Assembly: GCA_044892525.1 (NCBI GenBank)
Contig: CM097885.1
Coordinates: 25,546,001-25,610,000 of the forward strand
Direction: 5' to 3'
Length of the DNA stretch: 64,000 nt
Origin: Schmidtea polychroa
Lineage: Eukaryota
Shown: positions 39,972 to 51,437 of the stretch, one piece after another
Position numbering within the stretch: position 1 is the stretch's first letter
Layout of the letters: each line of letters begins with the position of its first letter
The notes under the pieces: generated by a model
Seen by the model: the letters and a program-made list of their open reading frames with translations, nothing else
The model's database searches: none
What the model was told of the DNA's origin: nothing
Position numbers and translations under genes: made by a program

Positions 39972-40371
39972 TATTAGGATTTTAATCTTTTATAACATTA
40001 ATATCCGTTTTCAAATCACTAAACAGTTCCATAAGTTTTGTTTAATAAATTGTATACTCAAAAACTTGTCTCTTCTTATTTTTGTTATTTAAACAAATTT
40101 CAGTTTTTCTTAAAATATTTTTATCAAAAAATATTTTTTAAAAATGATAAATTTCTTTCTTCTTTTTAAAATATTTTTCAATAAAAATATATTTTAAATT
40201 TAACAAAATTTCTAATTAATCTTTAAGAATCTTTCAACTTCTTCATAATATATATTTGTGCTAAAGTTGAATCTGTATGGAAAATTATGATTTTCTTAAA
40301 AGTAAATTCATGAAATTTAAAAAACCTACTTAATTTTATACTAAAATTGTATATTAAAAACACATTAATAC

Positions 40372-42515
40372 CAGTGGTGGGATTCAGTCGGTTCACTAAA
40401 CCGTTTCGTAAAATGTACGGCAAACCGGTTGTAAAAAATAAAATATTTATACTTTAAATTTCATAATTACTTCATAAAATTATTCTTAAAAAAACACAGC
40501 AAGAAAATAGACATACGATATTTATATACCACATTTTATCTCTTTTATATGCGCTTTTTTGTACATAATTACAGAATAGTATTGACCTTAAATACAGCAC
40601 CATTGATGAAGATATGCATTTGTAATTTTCATGCACATTTGGTTATGCATAATACATATAGAAAAATAGAATTGAAAAATAATTATGAAATCTACATATC
40701 ATAGATAGTATGTATGACAGTACACTAAAATTTGAGAGCAGTTATGATTTTGTTTTTGTTTTGAATGCGAATTAGAAAAATACATTCTAACAAACTTTGT
40801 GTACAAAACATTTTAGTTTTTTTTAGTTGAAACTGATCTTAAAAACCGTTATATTCTCAATTAATAGAAGAAATCAAAATTAAAGAGAAATAAGTGTTCA
40901 ATAAAACAATTACATAAAGTGATTTTGGTTTGGTGTGTAACTTAAAATAAATTGATTTAAAAATATCTATATTTCGTTAAGTTTTATTAACCACTTAATT
41001 TGGAAATTTAAATACATATGTATAAGTAAGTAATCTGTATTTTATTAGTGCTTCAATTTAATTACTGTTATTTCATATTTATTTTCAAAACACCCAGAAT
41101 CAATGAAAAGACAACATTATCTGCCAGAGTTTTTGGCAAAAACAGAAGAACGATACTATTGTTTCCAAATCGGAATTAAATAACACAAATCAGCCACAAC
41201 CATCATCCTCTAAAAATGTTCAAAGACAAAGCACTCAAATAATTGAAAGAGCAGAACAGAATATTAGTTCTCTGAAATCCAAGATAATTGTCCAGAATGC
41301 TGGTCTGGGCAACAATTTACAAGCTTTAAAGAAAAATATGATGGTTTAAAAGTTTAAAATAAAATGTTAGGCTGTGAATATTATGCAAAACTAGAAATCA
41401 ATATTATTAAGATTGGAAGAGTTTTCGGACCAAAATTAGCAGCATGCAGTTTAAGATCAACCATAGCTGTTTGGCGTGCCTATCCTACTTTACATAATTA
41501 TTTTTCATCAAATGGCTATAAGACTGGAAAATAAATTCTTTTTAAATGATTTATCTTTAATGATTGACATTTTAAATGAAATTTCTATTCTGTCAAATGC
41601 GCTACAAGCTAGAAAAATGGACATAATTAAGGCCGAAAAACTTGTTCTAGGGTCAATTGATTTTTTCGAAATACCCCAAAAGGAAAAGGGTGTATACGAA
41701 AAGAAAATCGAAAGTATAATTACCGCAGAAACTTTTAAAACATTCAACTTTATAGAAAATAGTAAATTTATTGGACTTCACGCTCTATAACTTATATATA
41801 ATATAGTACTTAATTTAAAGAAAAGGCTAATGGATTGTGACCATATAAGATCAAATTGTGCCCAAGGCTATAAATTACCTATAAGTTAGAATTTCTTAAT
41901 ATATTAGAACCATCTAGGTGGAATATTGAAGAAATAATTGTTCCGTGGAAGGCAGTTGAAGAACAATTAGACACTTTTAAGGACATTTTTAATTATAAAA
42001 TTGATACAAATGATTATAGAGATTTTGTAGAAAATTTCTTAAAAGATACGCAGAACTATATGGTCCCGGAAAGTATTAAAAAATCAAAAAATATTATAAG
42101 AACCATTGCTGTAAGTTCTGCAGAAGCAGAAAAGGGATTTTCAAAAATGAACCAAATATGTTCAGATAAACGTAACCGTTTAACTGTACAAAATATTTCC
42201 AACGTAATGACTATTAGTCCAATCGGCCTACCACTTATCGAATGGGATTCCACCCCCTTTGTAAAGAAGTGATTGACAATTAATCATTCAGCTGATGATA
42301 CATGGGTTATAAAAACAAATTTCAGAAGATGAAAATCAAAAGGCTATATGGAAATATTTAAAATTAAGTTTATCGTTTTTTTTATAAAATTTTCTTTCCT
42401 GTACAATAAATAAATTCTTTTTTTAATTTAGAAACCTTTAAAAAATGTTTAATAAGTCTCCTAAAGACATTTTTTGTAGCGAACCGGTTGTAAAATTATT
42501 AGAATCCCCCCACTG
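40372..42515 (+). mobile_element. Decayed hAT DNA transposon
   Basis: TIRs CAGTGGTGGGATTC and GAATCCCCCCACTG match at 13 of 14 positions. Transposase fragments include the dimerisation motif IAVSSAEAEKGFSKMN...RNRL (42060-42272). No clean TSD is visible. Confidence 0.85.
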
Positions 42516-42822
42516 TCTACAACCGTTATCTTTAGTGTGCAGATTTTCTTATTATAAAAATGTTATACATATTATTAAGCAAAAATTATAACTAAAAGGC
42601 CGATATAGTCATTTTATGATTTTTTTCTTAGTGAAGAGTTAAATAATTGTCATAACATTTTGGTCATTGATTTACAGTTTGTGTAATATTTACATAATAT
42701 AATATTGTTTAAAAATTTGACAAAAACTTTATTAAAAATAACTAAACTATTAAAAATGTCCATTTTCCATTTAAACTTCAAAAATAAATTTATTAAATAA
42801 AATGATTTATAAAGTAAATATG

Positions 42823-42925
42823 TTTCTACAACTTTCTATCATTCGTTTTGTTAATATTCGATTTCTAGAATTTATGTTTGTTTTAAAATTTGTTTTCTAG
42901 AATTTCTATATTTTAATTATATAAA
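42823..42925 (+). promoter_or_regulatory. Heat-shock elements and TATA box of Hsp70
   Basis: TTCTAGAA at 42863 and TTCTAGAATTTC at 42895 (inverted nGAAn units); TATATAAA near 42918. Confidence 0.75.
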
Positions 42926-42997
42926 GTGTTTGCAGTTCATTGCGTGTTCATTCCAAATTTTGAATAAAATTATTATATAACTTTTGAATAATTCCAA

Positions 42998-45008
42998 ATG
43001 TCTGGTAACGCTATTGGTATTGACTTGGGTACTACATATTCATGCGTTGGTGTATTTCAACATGGAAAAGTTGAAATTATTGCGAATGATCAAGGAAACC
43101 GCACAACACCTAGTTATGTTGCATTTACAGATACCGAACGATTGATTGGAGATGCTGCAAAAAACCAAGTGGCGATGAATCCTAATAATACAGTTTTCGG
43201 TAAGAATTAATACTGAATTAGAGTAAAGTAATTAAAATGTTCTAGATGCAAAGCGATTAATTGGTCGAAAATTTGATGAATCGTCAGTTCAAAGTGACAT
43301 GAAACACTGGTCATTCGATGTAATAAATGAAACTGGTAGACCGAAAATTCGAGTAGAATTCAAAGGTGAAACAAAAACATTTTTCCCCGAAGAAATTTCA
43401 TCGATGGTTTTAATAAAAATGAAAGAGATTGCAGAAGCATACTTGGGTAAAACAGTTAAAGATGCTGTTGTAACTGTTCCAGCTTATTTCAATGATAGTC
43501 AAAGACAAGCAACTAAAGATGCTGGTGCAATTAGTGGATTAAATGTTTTAAGAATAATTAATGAACCAACAGCTGCTGCTATAGCTTATGGATTAGACAA
43601 AAAGGTCGGTGCTGAACGCAATGTGTTAATATTTGATTTAGGAGGAGGAACTTTTGATGTATCAATTTTAACAATTGAAGATGGTATTTTCGAAGTAAAA
43701 TCTACTGCTGGTGATACTCATTTGGGTGGTGAAGATTTTGATAATCGAATGGTAAATCATTTTATTCAAGAATTCAAGAGGAAGCATAAGAAAGATATTA
43801 GTGATAACAAGCGAGCAGTTAGAAGATTGAGAACAGCTTGTGAGCGAGCAAAGAGAACTTTGAGTTCCAGTGCACAAGCAAATTTGGAAATCGATTCATT
43901 ATATGAAGGTATTGACTTTTACACTTCAATTACAAGAGCAAGGTTTGAGGAATTGAATGCTGATTTGTTCCGTTCGACATTAGAGCCAGTAGAGAAAGCA
44001 TTGAGAGATGCTAAGTTGGATAAAAATACAATTCATGAGATTGTATTAGTTGGTGGATCAACAAGAATACCCAAAATTCAAAAGCTCCTTCAAGACTTGT
44101 TCAACGGAAAAGAATTGAACAAATCCATCAATCCCGATGAGGCAGTTGCGTACGGAGCAGCAGTACAAGCGGCAATTTTGTCAGGAGATAAATCAGAAGC
44201 TGTACAAGATCTATTATTATTAGATGTAGCTCCATTGAGCTTGGGTATAGAAACTGCCGGTGGAGTGATGACAGCTTTAATTAAACGAAATACAACTATT
44301 CCAACAAAGCAAACGCAAATATTTACTACATATTCTGATAACCAACCGGGAGTTTTAATTCAAGTTTATGAAGGAGAACGAGCGATGACAAAGGACAATA
44401 ATTTGCTTGGTAAATTTGAATTGGCTGGAATTCCACCAGCTCCACGTGGTGTTCCGCAAATTGAAGTTACTTTTGATATTGATGCAAATGGTATCTTGAA
44501 TGTGTCTGCAGTTGAAAAGGGTACAGGAAAAGAGAATAAAATTACCATTACCAATGATAAAGGACGATTATCAAAGGATGATATTGAACGCATGGTTAAT
44601 GAAGCTGAAAAATACAAAAAGGAAGACGAAGAACAAAAAGACAGAATAGCTGCAAAGAATTCATTGGAAAGTTATTCATACCAAATGAAATCAACAGTTG
44701 AAGATGAAAAACTGAAAGATAAAATTTCTGAATCAGATAGAAAACTGATAATTGATAAATGTCAAGAAGCGATAAATTGGTTGGAAAAGAATCAACAGGC
44801 GACTAAGGATGAGTTTGATTATCATTATAAAGAATTGGAGAAGATATGTAATCCAATAATGACTAAAATGTATCAAGGAGCAGGTGGTGCTGGTGCTGGA
44901 GGATTCCCGGGCGGATTTCCAGGGGGATTTCCAGGTGGTGCACCGGGTGCAGCTGGCGGACAAGGAGGTGCTGGGAAACAAGGTCCGACAGTTGAAGAAG
45001 TTGATTAA
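42998..45008 (+). CDS. hsp70: Cytosolic heat shock protein 70, two exons (42998-43199, 43246-45008), 654 aa
   Basis: [35 protein letters not shown] repeats and terminal EEVD. A 46-bp GT-AG intron (43200-43245) restores [11 protein letters not shown]. Confidence 0.98.
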
Positions 45009-45694
45009 ATGTTTGAAATGAAACTGTTTATGTATTATGTGAAACGATTTTATTTTTTAATAAAGGTTTCATTAGTTGTTGAAATATTTAATTGTCATAT
45101 CAATGTAATAATTGGTTTAAAAGTGCAAATTTTTGATAATTTTTATATTTTGTGATTAGTAAATAAATTTTTTTATAAATCGATGATAAATATTAATAAA
45201 TCGATTGTAATTATTAAAGGTTGAAATTAAATTATTTTCTCTGGTTCATTTTTATTACGTTAATAAATAAAATATTTAACTGAAATCCGAAAATGAAAAT
45301 GTTACTAATAGAATTTGATATATTGTAATCAACTTATAATCCAGACAAAAGAAAAAGTTAGAGCAGTTGAACCATAAAATATATATCTGTTGGTTACTAA
45401 ATGATGTCATTTTGATTCAATGAGTAAATTTGATGAATTTATTCTTAGTACTTGTTATAGAAGTCACATGAATGTGTTGGTGCCATTGAAGAGTCTAGCA
45501 CATTAGGAAAACAGACATTTTTCAAGCAAATCTTTAACATAAAAGAAATTATAACAAATTTCAAAATACAAGATTTTGTTTATTTAATTTCACTTCAAAA
45601 TCAATAATTGCATTTTTAAATTAATCATCACGATTTGACCTTGAAGGGAGCAAGCGCCCTCTTTTGCTATCAAATTAAAACATTCAATTTTTCA

Positions 45695-46360
45695 TTATAT
45701 ATCTTTCACAATGTCCAAACTTTTAAATATGTGTGAACAATTGTACTTTAAATATTTAAGTAACACATCAAGTTTATCAATATATAATTCGTCAGCAAAG
45801 GTGAATGATTCTTCAACTTCATTATTATACGACACTGATATTTTGATTTCTTCTCTCATTACACTGTTTGCTTCAAATAGATCAAAGCGTAATAAATATT
45901 CTGTTTCCATAACTTCATTTTTCAACTTATTGCAACCCAATCGTTTGGCATCTTCAATATAGTCGAATGTTATTGTAAATGGTTTAAAATCACAACTGAT
46001 ATTTAATCCATCCTTGTAAAACATAGAGCAGTGCTGATCTAATATTTGATTTGGAATATGATATGTTTTATCATAATTACTGATAATAAAGATACCGCTA
46101 CATGTTTTCATAGCATTCCTTTTGAAATCAATCTTACATTGACTATAAAATGGGAATGTATTGTACACGAATGTAAAATCTTGCAGTGCAACTTCCCAGT
46201 CACCATTTAAAGAAATCGGATTCTGGAGATTGACCATGAATTTACTGGCTTGATTATCTGGATGAATAAGCGGGCAACTATTGCTTGGTAAAATAGTATA
46301 AAAATTCAGTTTACTAGATCCTTTTCTGATATCCATGATGGGTTTTGATAACCATGCCAT
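45695..46360 (-). CDS. Minor capsid (penton) N-terminal part, truncated
   Basis: FYTILPSNSC..HPDNQASKF.V.L...L.GDWEVAL is the typical Maverick penton N-terminus. Confidence 0.75.
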   Translation of the reverse strand: MAWLSKPIMDIRKGSSKLNFYTILPSNSCPLIHPDNQASKFMVNLQNPISLNGDWEVALQDFTFVYNTFPFYSQCKIDFKRNAMKTCSGIFIISNYDKTYHIPNQILDQHCSMFYKDGLNISCDFKPFTITFDYIEDAKRLGCNKLKNEVMETEYLLRFDLFEANSVMREEIKISVSYNNEVEESFTFADELYIDKLDVLLKYLKYNCSHIFKSLDIVKDI

Positions 46361-46935
46361 TTGACATAGAATTGTTTATCCTTGCCGACCTTTTTAGTTT
46401 TCAATATCTTTTGAATTCTAAATACTTTTGGGGGAGGAATAACTTGTAATTCTTGCTCATAAAACTTTCCTTGTACAATATTGTTATCATAATCACTGAT
46501 GACATACATTACAGGATTCTGACTAGTATTTATTTTTGAAATTACAAAGACTTCATCACTCCAATTTGTATCGAAATTTTTAATAAATGGTGATGCACTA
46601 ATTTTACTAATTCTAACATGGTCACCGACTTTATATTTAGGTTTTGCAATTTTTACAGATTTCTTTGAATAGATTGTTTTTGATGTAATATCAACCGGTC
46701 TCAATCCATTAAGTCCTCGATGTGATGAATGATTATAACTTGTTATTATTTTCGGTAAATCATTTACCCATTTTTTATTACCTTGATGCACGAACAATTT
46801 CTTTAATCTATCTCTCAATGTTCGATTAAATCTTTCAACATGAGCAGCTTTGTATTGAGAATGTACCGAGTAGTGATTTATTTTCAGTTTATCGAGGATT
46901 TGCTTGACTTTACTGTTGTAGAATTCTTTACCTAA

Positions 46936-47027
<92 letters not shown>

Positions 47028-47415
47028 CTAAATCTGTTTGCAAGTTATTAGGATGTCCATCTTTAAATAAATTATTAACAGCTTTAGACATTTCATCTGC
47101 AGATTTTGCCTTGACGGGTATTGCTCGGGCAAACCGACTGAATACATCAATACATGTTAAAATATATTTATACCCATTGTTAATTTTCGAATAAGGTATC
47201 ATCTCCATCAAATCCATTTGCCATAAATCATTTATTCCATATGTTTTATATACTCTTGTTGGGAATCGTTTCTGCATTGGTTTGTTCAAACTGTACGCAA
47301 GCTGGTCTGATAACCACTTCTGGGTTTCCTTTTTCGAATTCGGAACTCTTTTGTTTAATTTTGCCACTCCACCGAAACCGGCTTCGTCTTCTGGGTTCGT
47401 CCAAATCTTCTCCAT
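46306..47415 (-). CDS. rve integrase with C-terminal chromodomain; intron 46932-47027
   Basis: LWQMDL, QTDLG|KEFYN and HVERFNRTL; chromodomain FRIQKIL...FYVKWHGY..SWI. Confidence 0.92.
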
Positions 47416-47473
47416 TACAACAAGAAGATTTAATATTAAATTTAATGTCTGGTAATGAAGGATTAGCACCCAT
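47246..47473 (-). CDS. Possible small myristoylated protein overlapping the integrase start
   Basis: ATG lies 4 nt after the upstream stop; MGANPS fits MGxxxS; SSCC and a basic RRRSRFR follow. Confidence 0.45.
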   Translation of the reverse strand: MGANPSLPDIKFNIKSSCCNGEDLDEPRRRSRFRWSGKIKQKSSEFEKGNPEVVIRPACVQFEQTNAETIPNKSI

Positions 47474-47476
47474 TGT

Positions 47477-47971
47477 TTATGATCGACTTCCTATTATTCC
47501 ACCTAATAATGATATTGCTAAAGGTATCAATGCACCGATAAATCCCCCTTGTTGTTTATATATAATTTTTCTCATTTGTTGACGATTTTTATTATTTACT
47601 AATGATAGCAAAGGTTTCCTATGTTTACTCAATAATTGCTTTTTAGATTTACTGATTTTAATCTTACCTTTGACTACTTTAAGTATAATATCGAGTAAAT
47701 CATCGACAACATAATTTGGAAAAGATTGCAAAATACTGTTTCTTTTCATACTGGGTGCTTTTAACAATGTATTGAAAAACGGGAAACTCCGATGATTTTT
47801 AACAACTTTTACTTTCTTAGTGGTTTTACTTTTAGTTTTAGGTTTAGGATTTTTCGAAATGAGATTCATTGCAGGAAAATTTTCTGTAATAAGTTCTTTA
47901 GATGGAGTATAACTAGTTGTTGGTGGAACTTTTGGTTGTTTTTTACTCGATATCCTTGTTTTTGAAAACAT
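47477..47971 (-). CDS. Basic core protein with pX-like C-terminal amphipathic segment
   Basis: Lys-rich; ends KQQGG^FIGALIPLAISLLGGIIG. Confidence 0.75.
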   Translation of the reverse strand: MFSKTRISSKKQPKVPPTTSYTPSKELITENFPAMNLISKNPKPKTKSKTTKKVKVVKNHRSFPFFNTLLKAPSMKRNSILQSFPNYVVDDLLDIILKVVKGKIKISKSKKQLLSKHRKPLLSLVNNKNRQQMRKIIYKQQGGFIGALIPLAISLLGGIIGSRS

Positions 47972-47984
47972 GATTTATGTGTTT

Positions 47985-48623
47985 TCAAATTTGTTTTAAA
48001 CTTTGTTTATAAACCATGGCACCTTTTGGGTTGAAAATATCTGTTTTTACCCGTATATCATCGGGACATTGTTGTGTGAAATCGAGAAATATATACCCAT
48101 GAGGTATTTTCGTAGCATCTTGAAATGCACTGATAAGAAAATTACGGTTATTAGGGTATGCTTGTCGTCCAAGAAAATCGATGACAGTTGCATCTCTAGG
48201 ATTCTTGAAAATAACTAGATATTGTACATTTAAATTACGTGTTCGATGTGCACCACCTTGATGAAATAGATTTTGTGTTATGAAAATAACTGTTACACCA
48301 ACATGTCTGCTGATTTTTGTGAATAAATTATTAAAATCCTTTTCTTTATTGGCTTCTTGATACAAATCATCGATAATGATGACATCATCTTTTTTCAAAC
48401 GACTTGACCAGTTTTTATCAAAACCCTTTACTATTTTCATGTTTTTCAATTGACAGAAACTTGATTGAGTCAATCCATGTTCTTCATCGGCGCCCCTATG
48501 CCAATAAATATTGTTGAATTTTGTTTTGAACAAATTAGATTTTAGTAATTTACAAACAAATAATGTTTTTCCACTACCACTCGGACCAACGATTTGGTAT
48601 ACTGCATCATTTCGTAATTCCAT
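47985..48623 (-). CDS. Genome packaging ATPase of element C
   Basis: GPSGSGKT, IIIDDL, FTKISRH..VIFITQNLF and FKNPRD. Confidence 0.93.
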   Translation of the reverse strand: MELRNDAVYQIVGPSGSGKTLFVCKLLKSNLFKTKFNNIYWHRGADEEHGLTQSSFCQLKNMKIVKGFDKNWSSRLKKDDVIIIDDLYQEANKEKDFNNLFTKISRHVGVTVIFITQNLFHQGGAHRTRNLNVQYLVIFKNPRDATVIDFLGRQAYPNNRNFLISAFQDATKIPHGYIFLDFTQQCPDDIRVKTDIFNPKGAMVYKQSLKQI

Positions 48624-48727
48624 TTTTTAAATTTAAACTATATAATTATTGTTTATATTGATAATTTAAATGAACTCCTTTTTAAAATAACTATATATAA
48701 CAGAGTTTTTATAATTATTTCATTAAA

Positions 48728-49192
48728 ATGCTTTCAAATATAAATTACAGGGCAAAAGCTGATGTATCAAAAATGGTATTTCCAATGGGGAAACCACAAC
48801 AACTTATCAATAGAAGTAAAAAATATCCAATAATATATTTCAAAACTGGTAAATGTAGAATTATGGGGTGTAAGGAAATAATCAAAGCTAGTGAATATAA
48901 TGTTTATGATTTAGAAATACAATCGATAACCGTAACTTCCGATATAGGTTTTTCTTGTAATTTAAATAATTTGGCTAAATTAATACCATGCTTTTACGAA
49001 CCAGAATTATTTCCAGCTTTGAGATATATAAAATATAACCCTATGTGTGTAAATATATTCGCTAGCGGTAAGATAGTAATTCTTGGAATAAAAAATATTG
49101 ATTACAAATGTATAGTTGATAATATCATATCTGAAATTAAATCAATAATTGAAGGAAAAGAATTTTTAGATTTTTTATTATCACTTAATTAA
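48728..49192 (+). CDS. Divergent TATA-binding-protein-like protein
   Basis: Two TBP repeat signatures: IYFKTGKCRIMG and FYEPELFPALRY...VNIFASGKIVILG. Confidence 0.85.
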   Translation: MLSNINYRAKADVSKMVFPMGKPQQLINRSKKYPIIYFKTGKCRIMGCKEIIKASEYNVYDLEIQSITVTSDIGFSCNLNNLAKLIPCFYEPELFPALRYIKYNPMCVNIFASGKIVILGIKNIDYKCIVDNIISEIKSIIEGKEFLDFLLSLN

Positions 49193-49313
49193 TTATTTAT
49201 CATTGCAAATTCAATGCAATTAAAATGCATGATTCTGATTGGTCAAAATCTAATTGGCTGATGATTATTTATAACAAAATGTTTTCGGTTTAGTTGTCAT
49301 TTATTCAACAAAA

Positions 49314-49723
49314 ATGTACAACATACAAAGTTCCGCAATCACCTCAATGAAATAGCATGCAAATTATGGTAATTTCAAATTTTTATTATTACATTAATAT
49401 ATATATTTTTTACAGATGAATATCAATCAATTATCCTGCAAAGATTATGCTTCTATTATCCAGAATTAAATGAAATTCTACAAGATAGAGATCCAGCTAT
49501 CATTCCGGATTTGGTATACAACCAAACTCGAATCTGGATATTCGATATAATAAACACCTTTCTATGGGATATCAAGATAGGAAGGGGGATGAAAGAAATG
49601 AAAGCAGAGGCTCCTTGCATTTTCGGATGTAGCTGTTGCAATTTCCGTTTTCAACAATATGTTGAATGGTGTTTGGTGAAGACTCTGAGAAATCATCACT
49701 CGAGTCAGATTGTATCAAAATAA
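49314..49723 (+). pseudogene. Small spliced Cys-containing hypothetical gene (intron 49369-49415), one premature TAG
   Basis: A 47-bp GTAA..TACAG intron joins exon 1 in frame to the ORF ending 49723 (CIFGCSCC). CCAAT and TATA-like motifs lie upstream. Confidence 0.55.
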
Positions 49724-49976
49724 ATTTTTTTTTTTTTTTATGTTGAATTGTTTTGTTTTTGTAAATCGAAATAATAGAAATAGAAATAATATAAGTAATA
49801 ATAGTAATATTAGAAATAATAATAATAAAAAACAATATTTATAATAAAAACATTAATGCAACATTAATGCAAATGACATGCAATTTAAACAAAGACATAC
49901 AGCAATCTGATTGGTTGATAAACAATAGTCATAGGTATAAAAACCCTGTACCATTTCATTTTAATCATTATTTACG

Positions 49977-50396
49977 ATGACAAAGAAAATTTCAAGCACT
50001 GAAAAGCCAAAAGTTGTTCCAGAACTTGTACAACCTGTTCAAATGTTCCACAACTATAAAATGTATTTTTTAAAAGAAGAAATCAATATAAAATTGGTGT
50101 CGCCGATCAAGCTAATTCCAACTAAATTTCAATTCTTATCCGGCACGCTTTCAATGTTAGATGTTAAATCTATTGATGAGGTTTTCAAACGGTTGAATAC
50201 GAATCTATCTTGTAATCAACATGTCTGGTTCAACAACAGATATGCAAGATTTTATGATTCATTTGATGAAATCGGTTTCAAAGAAAACGAAAATTGGTAT
50301 ATAACAATTGCAATCCAAGGATATAAAGTTGATAATAATGATGTGTATTCTCCAATTTGGAAAATTATGTCTGCTAGACTTTCACAACTATTTTAA
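49977..50396 (+). CDS. Hypothetical protein, possibly OB-fold ssDNA-binding protein
   Basis: Clean 139-aa ORF with CCAAT and TATAAAA upstream and AATAAA downstream. The aromatic beta-rich C-terminus ITIAIQGY..SPIWKI suggests the fold, which is a guess. Confidence 0.6.
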   Translation: MTKKISSTEKPKVVPELVQPVQMFHNYKMYFLKEEINIKLVSPIKLIPTKFQFLSGTLSMLDVKSIDEVFKRLNTNLSCNQHVWFNNRYARFYDSFDEIGFKENENWYITIAIQGYKVDNNDVYSPIWKIMSARLSQLF

Positions 50397-50529
50397 TGTT
50401 ATATTTAATAAATGTATTAGTCATATTTGTTTTTTCTCTTTATTAATTGCAACATTAATGCAAATGACAAGCAAATTTAACAAAGAAAATCTATAAACAA
50501 ACTTATAATATAGTTTTAAAGTGTTATTA

Positions 50530-50864
50530 ATGACTACAGAAAAAGGTTAACATGATTAATTAAATACCGAATTATTTATTATTTAGAATTATTAATCAAC
50601 TTTTTATTGGAAAAGTTAGCAGAAATAGCTGGTGTAAAAATTGAGGATATATTATCTATTACAAATGCCTTAAATATCGGCTGGGTAGCTGAGAGTCAAG
50701 ATTCAGGATTTGACAATCATGAAGAAACTCAAGAAATTGATGACGAAATCTATGAACCTATAGAGGAACCTAAAGATAATATTACGAATGATTGTATTGA
50801 TCATGTCGTTGAAAATATAATGAAATGTGGAGATGACGATTGCGAATGTGTTAATAAATTTTAA
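50530..50864 (+). CDS. Small acidic spliced protein (intron 50546-50586)
   Basis: ATG ACT ACA GAA AAA G|GT..TTTAG|AA TTA joins in frame to ORF 50607-50864. Confidence 0.6.
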
Positions 50865-50908
50865 AATTGAATTATTTTCATTTAAATATACTATTAAAAA
50901 CAATAACA

Positions 50909-51437
50909 TTAATTTTTATTCATATATCTACAGAAAATATACATTATAACAACTCCAGTTGTAAGTTTTATATAGTTTTTCATTTTTCTTTTGATTTCAT
51001 CAGTTTCTTTAAAATTGCAGGCCAGTTTATTTAATACACCCCATCCGCCATTGGCTTCTATCCATGGGGTAAACTTGGACTTGATTATCTAGAAATGAAT
51101 ATTATTAAAATATAGATTATAAAAGAAATCTTACTTCTAAAGACCAATGATAATAATGTTCTGAATCATGTTGACCTTTTGCAATGATTATCTTCATGTA
51201 GGTGAATCCTACAATTATCCTTGTCCATTTCATGTCTTCATCGAAAAGACACTGAAATATTCTATTGAAGTAATACTTCTTGGTTTCCAGGGATTCCATC
51301 TTCATCATCTGCTGATAATCGATATGTTCACCTTCAATGATTTGTTCGGTTCGATTGATCAGGAAATTGAGGCTGTCGACTATATTCGCGGTGACAATTC
51401 CGTTTAGAACATTTTCCATAAAATTTGGTTGCGACAT
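50909..51437 (-). CDS. Bcl-2 family protein, two exons (51437-51135, 51088-50909), 160 aa
   Basis: BH1-like LFDEDMKWTRIIVGF. After a 46-bp GTAAG..CTAG intron come BH2 PWIEANGGW and a hydrophobic tail anchor ending in basic residues. Confidence 0.88.
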
